From Felis catus (lineage: Eukaryota), in NCBI RefSeq assembly GCF_018350175.1, contig NC_058368.1, positions 21,950,001 through 22,014,000 on the forward strand: a stretch of DNA of 64,000 nucleotides. The letters are read 5' to 3'. Of the stretch, positions 54,101 through 64,000 are shown in pieces. The position numbers and the translations under genes were made by a program. The notes beneath the pieces were generated by a model that was given only the letters and a program-made list of their open reading frames with translations, did no database searches and was not told where the DNA came from. Within the stretch, counting starts at the first letter, position 1. Each line of letters starts with the position of its first letter.

Positions 54101-57100
54101 ACTAGAATCATTGCTTGGATGTATTCTGTTAAGGAAAGGAAAAATGCATGAAAACCAGCAGCAGCAGCAGCATTTTCATTGTGCCAGCTACTGTGCTAAA
54201 TAATTTATGTACTTTATCTTAATCTTCATTAACTCCTCTGAGAGATTCTTATGATTACCTGCATTAGAAACAGAAATTGAAGCTTAGGAGTTAAACTATT
54301 TATTCCAGGTCATTCAGCTAGGAGTTGTTAGAACTGGATTCAAAACTAGATATATCTGACTCATGAAGGAATGAGAAGGAACATTAAAATGAAAAACAGC
54401 GCTACTGTTTGGACAAGCAAACAAAAGATTAATGTTATAAAAACATCCACAAAGTATTAAGAAGAGTCCAAATGAAAATTTGCTTGAATATCTTATGTCC
54501 TGAAGGAAAGAAGTAAATTTCTACCTAAAAGTCTTCTGTCCTACAACCAACCAGGGTTGAAAACAAAGAAACAGAAAAAATACAAACTTGGCTGACGGAA
54601 CTGACTGCTGAAATAGAAGGCAAGTTCTGATTAAAGCAGGCAAAATATCGTTACATGTACTTTCGCATTCTTAAAAAACATTAGGTGTCTCTGCGTAATG
54701 GGGTGGTGGATAATTTTTGTTATACTTTTCTATTGGTACTAAACGTTGTACAATGAGCAGATATTACTTTTGCAATACCCATCACCCCTCAAAAAGAGAT
54801 AAAAAGAGAAAGCAAAGATAAAATGTGGGGAAAACAAGGGAGCCTGACAGAAAAAGAGATAAACTCATTAGCTAACATTCAAAGTAATCATTTTCACCCA
54901 CTTTTACAAAATGTCTATGGCATATGGCAAAAGCGTGTTTTTGTCAAAGCAGAGTACAAACACACACAAAGCAAACAGAACTGATAGGCTCTTAGATAAC
55001 AAAAGAAACATAGTGGAAACAGCACTGTATTATACTGCCAGTGGGTAACATTTAACATTAAATGTATTAAAAGTTTTTTGTGCTTCATACCTTTATTTGT
55101 GGCAGACCCATCTTTAATCTTTTGTTTCAGTGATTGTAACACATTTTGCACTTGTTCAAAAATGGAGTCCACTTTTCCATCATCTTCCAGCTCCATCCAG
55201 AAAGTTTTTGCATCACCTATAATGAAAGTGAATAGCTTAAGAGCTCAATAAAAATAGACTGTAATTTCCCCAAGGCATATGTTATAGAGAATCCACGTGG
55301 TTTCTAAATAATGTCAAGATTTAATTGGTCTGTTTTTTTCCTCGAGGAAAAAGATTTTTATCACTGTTTCTTTATAAAGAATAGCAAAGAATATGACCTA
55401 AATATCTTACTCATTTCTGCTAACATAAAAATATGTTGAAAACTTTAATGGTACTATTTCTGGTGTCCCTGGAAAACAGAAGGAATGGCTTCATTCTAGG
55501 CTGGTGGTAGATGTACGTATAAGCATTTTAAAAGTTTCAGAGATATAACCTCCACTGAGTACGGAAATGGTTTTAGAATGAAACATCTCAAGAATTGGTG
55601 AACTAAATGTCTAACAATAACGTTTTTAAATCTTTTATAATTTTTAAATAATTATATGAAGCCAAAATAATGTTTATACTTTTTATAGATAGCTATATAG
55701 ATGAGCCAATATTTCATATGCCCAGCAAATAAACACCTTAGTCATAAATTCCTAGAGAGAGGTGCCTGGCTGGCTCAGTTGGTAGAGCATGCAACTCTTG
55801 ATCATGGGGTTGTGAGTTCAAGCTGCATGTTGGGGATAGAGTTTACATAAAAAAAAAAAATTTCCTAGAGGAAATAATTCTTTGAAAGCTGAACACAGAA
55901 ATATGAGAAATACAATTAAACTGGCAAAGCCCAATCTCACACAAAAGTAACAAAAATACCTAAAATGTTAACATTTATTTGTTAAAATGTTAAATGTAAA
56001 AACATATAAAATGTTCAAAATTAACAGGGCCTTAAAGAACAGAGAGACATGATTATTGCACTTTAGAAAGGTCACTTGAGAAGCCATTCAGAGGATTAAT
56101 AGAGAGCCTAGTAAGCTTACAAAAAATATATTTTCCTTAATAAAAATTAAACCTACATCTCTAGGTTCAGCAGTGGGGTGAGAATAGTCATAAAGGCTTA
56201 GGCCTCATAGTCCCAAATCTCCCTGGCAAAGTCACCTTACCCAAAGGGGATCTCTGGCTAATTAGGGATGCTGCCACCATCGCAGTCTCAGAAGGGGTGT
56301 TGTTTCCCTGTTGTCACTTTGGCCTGATGCCTCCAAGACCAAGCCTACTTTTAACTCCCCATAGGACAGCTGAGACAAGATTTTAAACAAATGCAATGTG
56401 AGAGGACACAAAGGATGAAGAAAGAGGTATTAGAGGCAGGAGAAGCCATGCCATGGAGAGCCTTTCACTTGAGTTTTATACAAAAGCCTATGGGAGCCAC
56501 TCAAAAGGTTTAAGCATCTTATATGTGATTAGTTTCTTAAAAGGTCACTCAGGTGGCAGGGGAAAGAGGGAGGAATCAAGAGTGATTTCTAAGTTTTTGA
56601 CTTGGGCAACCATATGCACAGTAATAGTATTCATTGAGATAGGGAATAAAGACAGAAGACAAGTGAGAAATTTAAGTAGGGCAAGTACACTGGGTATACA
56701 GGCTCCAGAGTAAGATCTGGTCCAGTTATACGAATTCTGGAGTAAATGGTACATAAATGCTTGAGTAGATGTAATTAAGGACAACGTATACAATGAGAAG
56801 AGGGTTTTTTTTCTTTTTAAATGTTTACTTATATTTGAGAGAGACAGAGAGACAGAACATGAGTGGGGGAGGGGCAGAGAGAGAGGGAGACACAGAATCC
56901 GAAGCAGGCTGCAGGCCCTGAGTTGTCAGCACAGAACCTGACATGGGGCTCAAACCCACAAACCGTGAGATCATGACCTGAGCTGAAGTCAGACGCTTAA
57001 CTGACTGAGCCACCCAGGCGCCCCGAGAAGAGGATTTTCTATATATAAGACACAAGTATAAGAAAAAAGAATCAGGGAGATCAAGAAGGAGCAAACAGGT

Positions 57101-58703
57101 GGAAGGAAAACCCAGGAGAATAGCATATCAGGAGTCAGTGGAAGAACAGAAGTGGTGATTAATAATCTGGGCTTTGGAGTTCAGATGCATTTGTGTTTGA
57201 ATTCCAGCACTAGCAGTCATTAAGCTGTGTGACCACATCTATAAAATGGGAATAGTGATAGCATATAGCTCACAGAGTTGATGTGCAGATAAGCATGTGG
57301 CCTTTATCTAGAAATTACTGTAATTTAACAGGGACATAGTCTTAAGCACAAGAAATTAATCTCTACTTGTGGAACTTTAGATATCATTTGGCTGAGAGGG
57401 AAAAGTATCTTGTGAAGGACCTTCCCAGAATCCTTAAAATCATTTTTTCACTGAGAGATCACCAACAAAAATCACAGCTTTTAGACAAAACTATTCATGA
57501 AAGCACTTAATTGGTTGTTACTATGTTTCTTTTCATGAATGAGTTAATACTCCACACTAGGGATTTATCTTTATCTGAGGTGGACATCTAGACAGAAAGG
57601 ATTTTGAAAGATACTTAGAAATAGCTTCTAGTAGCATTATAATCTTCTGGAATCATCTACAACTCTCACCTGTCCTGAGAAAGCCAGCAGCATCACTGCT
57701 TAGTGATGTTGAAAAGACCACAATTAGGATTCATCTGAATTTGTTTTCCAGTGACTATCATTTAAAACTGTGTTCAAAATGTCAATTCATGATACCAAGT
57801 TATTCTGATAGGAAATACTTAAATTATCTGAAAAGTGAACAGGGTAAATTACTAGTTTTAGAATGGATTAATGGACACTGGAAATAGAATTTAAGAAAAT
57901 AAAGCCAATCAGAAAATACTGAAACTGTCTGCTTGTATAATAAATGAAAGTAATTTAGAAATTCATATTTATTTATTCTGGGTTTTTGATATTGTTCTTT
58001 ATGGTATCATTATTTCATATGGCTAGTTTTAATTCTCATTTAAATGGTTCTTATTCCTCACGTCTTCCCTCTTGATCATTTTTGTCTTCTCAGTATGGGA
58101 ATTTTTAACCACAGTAATATTAAGAAAAAAAAAGGTAACTGATTTATCTGAAAAATGAGATTAACAGATCCAGTTAATAACTTTTTTGAAGAGGCTAAAT
58201 GAATATCACATGGAGAAAAAATTGAGTCATTTCATTTCAACTGTATGCCATCTAGATGTTTACCAAAATGTAAATAATTTTGGTTTCTTGCTCCTTTTCT
58301 TTGTACTGTATGTATGTTTGAGATTATAATCTAATACTGTAAATATTTCAGTATATTGCACTAGAAAACACTTACAAGGAATAAATCCTTGAACTGAAAA
58401 TCAAATCAGTATACTAATATTGCTACTTGCCTGTAGAAATGAAGAATACCATCTCATTATTCTACTGTTTGTCCTAACTTGCTCCCTTAGCTAGATATGA
58501 CTATTGCAGGGACATAATCACTAAGTGGGAAGTATAGTTGCTTTGGAAAGAAGACAAATTATATAGTTACATTATATTGTGTCTCTCAATCTCCCTTGAC
58601 ATACACTGTCTATGTAAAAAGGCAATACTCAAGAATCACAGCTAGATGAGTTATTTGCTAGACACCTGTTTTTGGAGTATTAACGAAGTACACTGATAAT
58701 AGG

Positions 58704-58762
<59 letters not shown>

Positions 58763-61650
58763 TATATATATCCATCCCTACACACACACACACACACACA
58801 TCCCTGGAGGTGCTTCAGGGCATTGGTCTAGAGGATCTCTATGATGCCTTTGAGTCTGTGATTAGCAAAGTGTGATCTATGAGCCTTTGGGGTCCCCAAA
58901 TCCTTTCAGGGAATATGCTAGGTCAAATTATTTTAATAGTAATACTAAGACATTATTTGCTCTTGGTCGGCCGCTTAACCGACTGAGCTACCCAGGCACC
59001 TCTGCAAGTACACTTTTTAATTTAGAGATTTTTAAGTATCTTGTAGATGAAGTGCATACACTTACCCATTCTTTTTCAGACACTTCATGGCTTAAATTTT
59101 AGAGTCAGTTTAGAGTTCCCCATACTGGCATTTTCTTTTCTTTTCTTTCCTTTTTTTTTTTTTAAGTTTGTTTTGAGAGAAAGAAGGGTGCAAGCATGTG
59201 AAGGGCAGAGAGAGAGAGGGAGAGAGAGAATCCCAAGCATGTTTCGTGCCATCCGCATGAGCTTGAAGCGGGGCTGTACCTCATGAACCCTGAGATCATG
59301 ACCTGAGCCGAAACCAAGAGATGACACTTAACTGACTGAGCCACCCGAGCACCCATGGAGCTTTATTTTCAAGTTGTGTTGAATATGTATGTGAATTTTT
59401 ATAATGTTGGCATTATTCCATTGAATCTTACAGTTAATCTTATTATATCTTATTGATATAGAATATTTACTTATATATTCTACAATGCTTTTCAATGGAG
59501 TTTTAAAGGATTTAAGGAGTTGGGGTGCCTGCGTGGCCCAGCCAGTTGAGCATCTGCCTTCAGCTCAGGTCATGATCTCATGGTCTGTGGGTTCAAGCCC
59601 CATGTTAGGCTCTGTGTTGATAGCTCAAAGCCCAGAGCCTGCTTTGCATTCTGTGCCTCCCTCTCTCTCTGCCCCTCCCCTGCTCCCAGTCTGTCTCTAT
59701 CAAAAATGAATAAATGTTAAAAATTTAATGAATAAAAAAAAAAGACATTATTTGCTCTCTTTTTTTTTTCTAGAATGACTTTAACTGATGGTACAAAAGC
59801 ATTGGTGAGTAAAAGTCAGTATGTCTTAGCATGAATCAAGGGGATGGCACCAAGCTACCAGTAAATTTTCTAGTATAGTACCAGTATACTTTTCACCATC
59901 AATTTCACTTAAGAATATCCTTAATAAAGCAATATAAATGGTTACCACAGTACAATGGCTGTCTCAAGCAAAAGCACTAGTGAGACTGTTTGAATTACAG
60001 GCCAAACCAGCTAATTTTTTTCATGGAAAACTATTTTTACTTAAAAGTACTAATAAAAATTATAGTATTTTTAGACTTGGGTGTTTAACACACATTTTCT
60101 TGAAGAACAAAAAACAAAAAACAAAGTGAGCCTACCACCTGAAGTTCAATGTTGACAGCATTTGTTGCTAATTCACACTACCAAGTTAAAATTGGAAATT
60201 TGTAAACTTTACATGTGCCCTGGTAAGCCTGATAGCTTCTCAATAATTAATCACTTTTCGAGGAAATGGGTAGCAATATTAACAAATGTGATTTTTTAAT
60301 ATTGTATGATGAAATGTGTCAATATCTGGAAAATCTGCATGATTCATTGAACCAATATTTTCCAAGTGGCCAATGCATATTATAAAATCATAAAACACCT
60401 ATTCAATGTGCAATAGATTTTCTGTAACAGAGTGTTAAAAAACTCACAGATATGTGTTCAAATTTCACACTACAACTGACCTGGAAGGAGTAACTACTTG
60501 TTGAGTTTTATAGTTGTATCCAAAAAAAAGTCCACAATTAGCTGAAAGGCTATTAATACTCTTCCTTTTTTCAACTTTTTGTCTGTGTGAAGCTTCATTT
60601 TCTTTATACATTTCAACCAAAGCAACATATCACAATAGACTGAATGCAGAAGTACCTGTGACTCTATACTGATATAAATAAATGACTGAATAAATACATA
60701 AATGGGAGAAAGGAGCTAAATCTCCCTTGGAGAAGAATTCCAAATAATTAATGTAGATATTCCATTCTCAAAGATGGGGAGCATAATCCCCATTCCTTGA
60801 ATATGAACTATATATGAGGATTTCCTATCAAAAGTACAGCAGGGAAGGAAAGGGGAGAAAAAAGTAATTTACAGTGGAGAAACATAACACTATGTCTGAC
60901 ATAACACTATGTCAGCCAGGTGATCAAGCTCAGTATCAATGAGAGAGAAAGCATGTTGATATCATGTACTCTTGGCATAATGTGGTAAAAATGGCACTTT
61001 ACCAATATGGTCTTCTTCCCAAAACTTGTAACCCCAGTCTAATCATGAGAAAAATAAATAAAACAATAATTACAATAGAGGGGTATCCTACAAAATACTT
61101 AGATACAAAATACTACAAAATAAAAAATAAGTCTGAGCAACTGTTATATCCAAGAGGACCCTATGAAGATATGACAAGTAAATACAATGTGGGATACTGG
61201 AACAGAAAAAGACATCAGGTAAGAACTAAGGAAATATGAATAAACTATGGACCTCAGTTAATAATAATGGTTCATTAATTGTAACAAATGTACCAGATAA
61301 AAATAAGATGTTAATCATCAGTAAAAGTGGGTGTAGAAGATATGGTAACTTTCTGTACTATCCTCTCAATTTTTCTTTAAAAAGTAAATCTAAAAGTGTT
61401 CTAAAAAGTAAAGAATAATTTTACAAAAGTACATTAAAGAACTGACTTAGCTTTACAGATACACAATTAGTTATCGACTATCAAAATTTTGGCTACATGA
61501 GAATAAGTCCTAAATTCCTTCAAATGTAGAACTGTCACTTGCAGTGAAAAGCCTTGAAAATTCCACAATTTGGCTAAATTAAGTAGTCTACATACTTTTA
61601 AACATAACGTTTAACAATGGTTTTCCAAACCTACCATTTTTTTCTCCCAT
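14794..61650 (-). CDS. SETDB2: SETDB2 histone H3K9 methyltransferase, complete spliced CDS (13 coding exons, 2115 nt, 704 aa): MBD-like domain, pre-SET, bifurcated SET, post-SET
   Basis: Exons joined by hand: 61650-61635, 55216-55091, 54125-54060, 50557-50461, 42240-41677, 27459-27343, 26602-26433, 23945-23729, 22987-22888, 21500-21407, 18715-18375, 15810-15722, 14911-14794. Lengths are 16+126+66+97+564+117+170+217+100+94+341+89+118=2115. All introns GT-AG, phases consistent. Protein runs [22 protein letters not shown]...[14 protein letters not shown]...ELTWDYGY...[13 protein letters not shown]. Confidence 0.98.
15722..15810 (-). CDS. SETDB2: SETDB2 coding exon 12 ([30 protein letters not shown])
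   Basis: ttttaacag|CAT acceptor; ACAG|GTTTGA donor; 89 nt; completes the NHSC motif. Confidence 0.97.
17277..17432 (+). repeat. Polypurine microsatellite (GGAA)n-(GGGGA)n-(GGAGA)n
   Basis: Directly visible; produces the spurious low-complexity ORFs at 17238-17625. Confidence 0.97.
18032..18238 (+). mobile_element. 5'-truncated carnivore L1 3' UTR insertion with 16-bp TSD
   Basis: Flanks AAAGATTTGCTGACTT (18016-18031) and AAAGATTTTCTGACTT (18239-18254); AATAAA plus A tail. Confidence 0.85.
18375..18715 (-). CDS. SETDB2: SETDB2 coding exon 11, end of insertion and C-half of SET (…[17 protein letters not shown])
   Basis: tttcttag|AGGAT acceptor; AAT|GTGAGT donor; 341 nt; ORF 18204..18656. Confidence 0.97.
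19667..20439 (+). mobile_element. Solo LTR, MER34-like (ERV1), with a nested SINE at about 20030-20218
   Basis: TG...CA ends; CCCAAAATATGCTTCTTTGACATAAGATTATTTT start; internal AATAAA; TTTTCCTCCCCTACA end. Confidence 0.75.
20948..21278. mobile_element. hAT-Charlie MITE, MER58B-like
   Basis: TIRs TAGAGGTTGGCAAAC / GTTTGCCAACCTCTG; 8-bp TSD ATACAGAC / ATATAGAC. Confidence 0.88.
21407..21500 (-). CDS. SETDB2: SETDB2 coding exon 10 ([31 protein letters not shown])
   Basis: cttttaag|GGA acceptor; AAAA|GTAGGC phase-1 donor; 94 nt; not in the ORF track on this strand. Confidence 0.93.
22888..22987 (-). CDS. SETDB2: SETDB2 coding exon 9 ([33 protein letters not shown])
   Basis: ttttcag|AGAA acceptor; ATG|GTAAAA donor; 100 nt. 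Confidence 0.95.
23729..23945 (-). CDS. SETDB2: SETDB2 coding exon 8, SET insertion ([11 protein letters not shown]...FSKKRKIEV...LKEPVT)
   Basis: ttttag|GAAGA acceptor; GTTAC|GTAAGT donor; 217 nt; basic KKRK cluster (possible NLS). Confidence 0.95.
26433..26602 (-). CDS. SETDB2: SETDB2 coding exon 7, end of pre-SET and N-half of SET ([23 protein letters not shown]...[23 protein letters not shown])
   Basis: attgacag|CATT acceptor; TCAG|GTAAAG donor; 170 nt; GWG SAM-binding motif. Confidence 0.98.
27343..27459 (-). CDS. SETDB2: SETDB2 coding exon 6, pre-SET ([39 protein letters not shown])
   Basis: cttccttttag|AGCA acceptor; ACTGG|GTAAGA donor; 117 nt. Confidence 0.97.
28570..36455 (+). mobile_element. 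Near-full-length degenerate L1 (5' UTR, ORF1, ORF2, 3' UTR, A tail), antisense to SETDB2, with about six nested SINEs
   Basis: YY1-type CAAGATGGC at 28576; ORF1 relic about 29870-30750; ORF2 start ATG 31087 with LNVNGLN; RT motif FADDM at 33323; ORF2 C-terminus near 35700; many stops and frameshifts. Confidence 0.93.
36477..37925 (+). mobile_element. Second L1 ORF2 segment, truncated at both ends, directly behind the tail of the first
   Basis: QKSVAFL...KYLGINL...KNKWKDIP; parallels 33432-35262. Confidence 0.9.
39510..39578. repeat. (TA)n microsatellite
   Basis: Directly visible, with one C interruption. Confidence 0.97.
41677..42240 (-). CDS. SETDB2: SETDB2 coding exon 5: MBD-like domain (FQRRHAK...[21 protein letters not shown]...DNFSF) and start of pre-SET ([18 protein letters not shown]...CDCSEGC)
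   Basis: ttttaaacag|ATCT acceptor; GACAT|GTGAGT donor; 564 nt; ORF 41673..42212. Confidence 0.98.
42396..43176. mobile_element. Solo LTR, MER21-like
   Basis: CAATTCTGACACTATCTA and CAGTCCCACAAGACTGTCCCCACTTCAGATGCCA motifs. Family assigned from memory. Confidence 0.7.
43634..44100. mobile_element. hAT-Charlie MITE, MER3-like, split by a young SINE (43755-43980, TSD AAATGTGGCTAGCATG)
   Basis: CAGCACTATCCAATAAAACTTTCTGCATTGATGGAAATG start; perfect 16-bp TSD around the SINE. Confidence 0.8.
44972..45606 (+). mobile_element. Solo LTR (ERV1-like, family not assigned)
   Basis: TGTAAG...TTTGACA termini; LTR-like 3' region (CTTTGTAATTTTTCACT, ATAAACTGGAATAGAGCTCAG). Confidence 0.65.
50461..50557 (-). 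CDS. SETDB2: SETDB2 coding exon 4 ([33 protein letters not shown])
   Basis: tttcatgtag|ATCAT acceptor; TTTCT|GTATGT donor; 97 nt. Confidence 0.95.
54060..54125 (-). CDS. SETDB2: SETDB2 coding exon 3 ([22 protein letters not shown])
   Basis: ttccttaacag|AATAC acceptor; AAGG|GTACGT donor; 66 nt; not in the ORF track. Confidence 0.95.
55091..55216 (-). CDS. SETDB2: SETDB2 coding exon 2 ([41 protein letters not shown])
   Basis: ttatag|GTGATG acceptor; AAAG|GTATGA donor; 126 nt; overlaps ORF 54915..55196. Confidence 0.97.
58706..58800. repeat. Compound (CA)n/(TA)n/(CA)n microsatellite
   Basis: Directly visible. Confidence 0.95.
58880..60655. mobile_element. Charlie1-like hAT DNA transposon remnant, interrupted at 58964-59741
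   Basis: GGGGTCCCCAAATCCTTTCAGGG...AATACTAAGACATTATTTGC resumes after the insert as ACTGATGGTACAAAAGCATTGGTGAGTAAAA and ends near AGACTGAATGCAGAAG. Confidence 0.7.
60660..61420 (+). mobile_element. Old L1M (L1MC/MD-like) 3' end fragment
   Basis: GAATAAACTATGGAC, CATTAATTGTAACAAATGTACC and TGTAAATCTAAA-like 3' UTR motifs. Confidence 0.65.
61635..61650 (-). CDS. SETDB2: SETDB2 coding exon 1 (MGEKN+G; start codon)
   Basis: ATG GGA GAA AAA AAT G|GTAGGT. The phase-1 donor fits the next exon (G|GT GAT GCA). Confidence 0.93.
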
Positions 61651-61998
61651 CTTTTGGTGTTGTTTATAAACAAAAGTCTTCAAAATTAACTTTATCAATG
61701 GACTGAAATCACTTTGATAGGAGAATATAACTGGAATCCAACTGTGGTATCTATGAAATTTGTAGTTCTCAGAGAAAACACATCATTATGGCATTCTAAG
61801 CCCAATGTTCTTGGATACTTGAATTTTCAAATGTAACTGTGGTTGAAGAAACTTTGAAAAATGACTGCTAGTCCAACCTGATGACAAGTCCATGCAATTT
61901 CATCAAGCAAGTATTTATAGTCATATCAGATCATTGACAATATCTTTTTAAAAACAAAAACCAACTCCATCTTTTGGTCCATGGATGCATGAAACATT
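61651..61998 (-). other. SETDB2: Probable 5' UTR portion of the SETDB2 start-codon exon; first exon and promoter probably lie beyond the window end
   Basis: Acceptor TTTTCTTTACAG| ends at 61999. No CpG island is present upstream within the window. Confidence 0.65.
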
Positions 61999-63491
61999 CT
62001 GTAAAGAAAACAACAAAGATTGGTATATATTTGTAAGGAATAAAATATATATAAGAAAAAAAGACATAACAATGCCTCTATCTTTTAAAATAGCATAAAC
62101 TATTATAGAAACAAGAATACATATTAACTGGAAAAATGTGTAAAATATCAAAATTATGCAATTACAGAGAAATTAAGTATCACCCATATTTAAAATACTG
62201 TCAATTAACATAAACTATCCCCATTTTTTTACTTGTTTTTTAATTTTTTTTTTTTATGTTTATTTATTATTGAGAGACAGAGAGAGCATAAGCATGGGAG
62301 GGGCAGAGACAGGAGGAGACACAGAATCAGAAGCAGGCTCCAGGCTCTGAGCTGTCAGCACAGAGCCCAACACAGGGCTTGAACTCATAAACCACGAGAT
62401 TGTGACTGGAGCCAAAGTCGGACACTTAACCAACTGAGCCACTCAGGTGCCCCATTTACTTTTTTAACTTTTTAAATTTTTAATAGATACTTTATAAAAA
62501 CTTTTAAAATGGGGATAATAGCATTAACTACCTCAAAGGCATGTTGTGAGGATAAGAGTTACTTAGAATGGTGCCTGGCACATACAAAGGACTCAATAAA
62601 CACTAGCAATTATTATTATTCTTTCAGTATATATACTTTAAAAATAAATTTTGGATTTTAGTGTATACAATTTCTTAATAATCTTCTACTGGTAACATAT
62701 CTTGCACTTTTCCCCCTCATTAATATTTTTCTATAATATGACTTTTAAGTGGCTGTATAATGTACTTTGGTCAATAAACCACATATTATAGTACACTCAA
62801 AACTTTTAGTAATTAAATTTTAATAAATTATTAATTAGTACTGTACATAAACCTCTGTATTGGGGATTTAGATTATTTCCATTTTTTCAATATGATAAAT
62901 GCTGGAATATACTTTATGCATATCTCTGATTATTTCCTCAAGAATACACTTAGAGATGGAACTACTAGGTCAAAAAGCGATCAATAATTCTCAGTCTCAG
63001 GATATTAATCAACATATGATAAATTCTGCTTCCACTCCCACACCAAGCCCAAATGTCAGATTTTTTAAAATTAAAAAATATAGTCATGCTAAAGACAAAA
63101 AGGGAATTTTCTATGGACCAAGTCTGTGAGACCTCCCTAGGGAAAAGAAACAGATGGGAAGCTGAAGAGATAATGCCAACCACCATCATAACACAGCAAA
63201 TCCTCTCAGAGAAGATGAATGTACAACCCAGAGTCATCAAATACCCAAGGAAAGCTACACCATCAAAAAGAGACTTAACAAGCCCACCGAAAGATGGGCC
63301 TATCGTCAAGAGGAAAACAGAGCATCCTGAAAATAATTTTAAAACAAATGTTATTAAGGCACCTGGGTGACTCAGTTTGTTAAGCATCATGATCTCATGG
63401 CTTGGGAGTTTGAGCCCCACTTCGGGTTCTGTGCAAACAGCTAAGAGCTTGGAGCCTGCTTCAGATTCTGTCTTGGTCTGTCTGTCTGTCC

Positions 63492-63557
<66 letters not shown>

Positions 63558-64000
63558 AATAAACATTAAAGGGGCACCTGGGAGGCTCAGTCAGTCAGTT
63601 GAGCGTCTGACTTCAGCTCAGGTCATGATCTCGTAGTTCTTGAGTTAGAGCCCTGCATCTGACTCTGTGCTGATAGCTCAGAGCCTAGAGCCTGCTTCGG
63701 ATTCTGTGTCTCCCTCTCTCACTGCCCTTCCCCTGCTCACACTCTGTCTTTCTCTCTCAAAAATAAACACAAAACAACTTTTTTAAAAATGTTAAAAAAA
63801 TTAAATGTTATTGCATTTAATGTCCTCAAAGAGCTAAAGAAGGAAATCTCATCCATGAAATAACACAATTTTGAAAAATAACCAATTAGGTATCTTGGAT
63901 ATAAAAATAGTTGTTGAATAAACTCAATAGATAATTGAATAACAGCATAAACTCAGATGAAGAGCCAGTAGTAAGCTGGAAGACTGAGTTGAGTAATTCA

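Larger units (their letters stand above)
2922..63800. mobile_element. About 55 dispersed CAN-SINE (SINEC_Fc-type) copies on both strands, e.g. 3684-3900+, 11787-12010+, 13125-13563-(x2), 23182-23410+, 28095-28351-, 31586-31811-, 48541-48763-, 48795-49020+, 51607-52035+(x2), 53140-53355+, 56815-57024-
   Basis: GGGGCGCCTGGGTGGCTCAGTCGGTTAAG head, GGTCATGATCTC, (CT)n tract, AATAAA-containing A tail and TSDs. The GAGCCTGGAGCCTG insert is typical of feliform copies. Count is by eye. Confidence 0.95.

Noticed and set aside
60882..60913. 15-bp direct repeat ACATAACACTATGTC
   Set aside because: Simple local tandem duplication inside an old L1 fragment; no sign of function.
62965..63420. 151-aa and 105-aa ORFs near the window end
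   Set aside because: They overlap a SINE and an old L1/HAL1-like 5' relic, with no supporting splice structure or recognisable domain.
3695..63562. Recurrent ORFs of the type [16 protein letters not shown]...[14 protein letters not shown]
   Set aside because: Translations of CAN-SINE consensus, not a gene family. The tRNA-like SINE heads are not tRNA genes, and the dispersed repeats are not a CRISPR-like array.

Overview
Mammalian (felid-type carnivore) genomic DNA, identified by about 55 tRNA-derived CAN-SINE copies of the cat SINEC_Fc type and by carnivore L1 elements. The minus strand carries the complete coding region of SETDB2 (H3K9 methyltransferase, KMT1F). I traced 13 coding exons from ATG 61650 to TAA 14794; all introns are GT-AG with consistent phases, totalling 2115 nt = 704 aa. 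About 4.2 kb downstream, in tandem, are the CpG-rich promoter and first two coding exons of PHF11 (ATG 10588; exon 2 at 2536-2657), with an ISRE and a palindromic ETS site just upstream of its ATG. Introns hold a degenerate near-full-length L1 plus a second overlapping ORF2 segment, three solo LTRs, hAT MITEs, L2/MIR, and a probable ERV-L pol fossil. No wholly new gene system is evident. The best leads are: a 778-bp TSD-flanked composite retrocopy inside a Charlie1 element; phase-compatible SETDB2-PHF11 read-through that would drop the catalytic half of the SET domain; a uATG-rich SETDB2 leader exon; and two SINEs inserted back-to-back at one palindromic endonuclease site. Repeat family names and human comparisons are from memory and need a database check. 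Most ORF-track entries are repeat artefacts.
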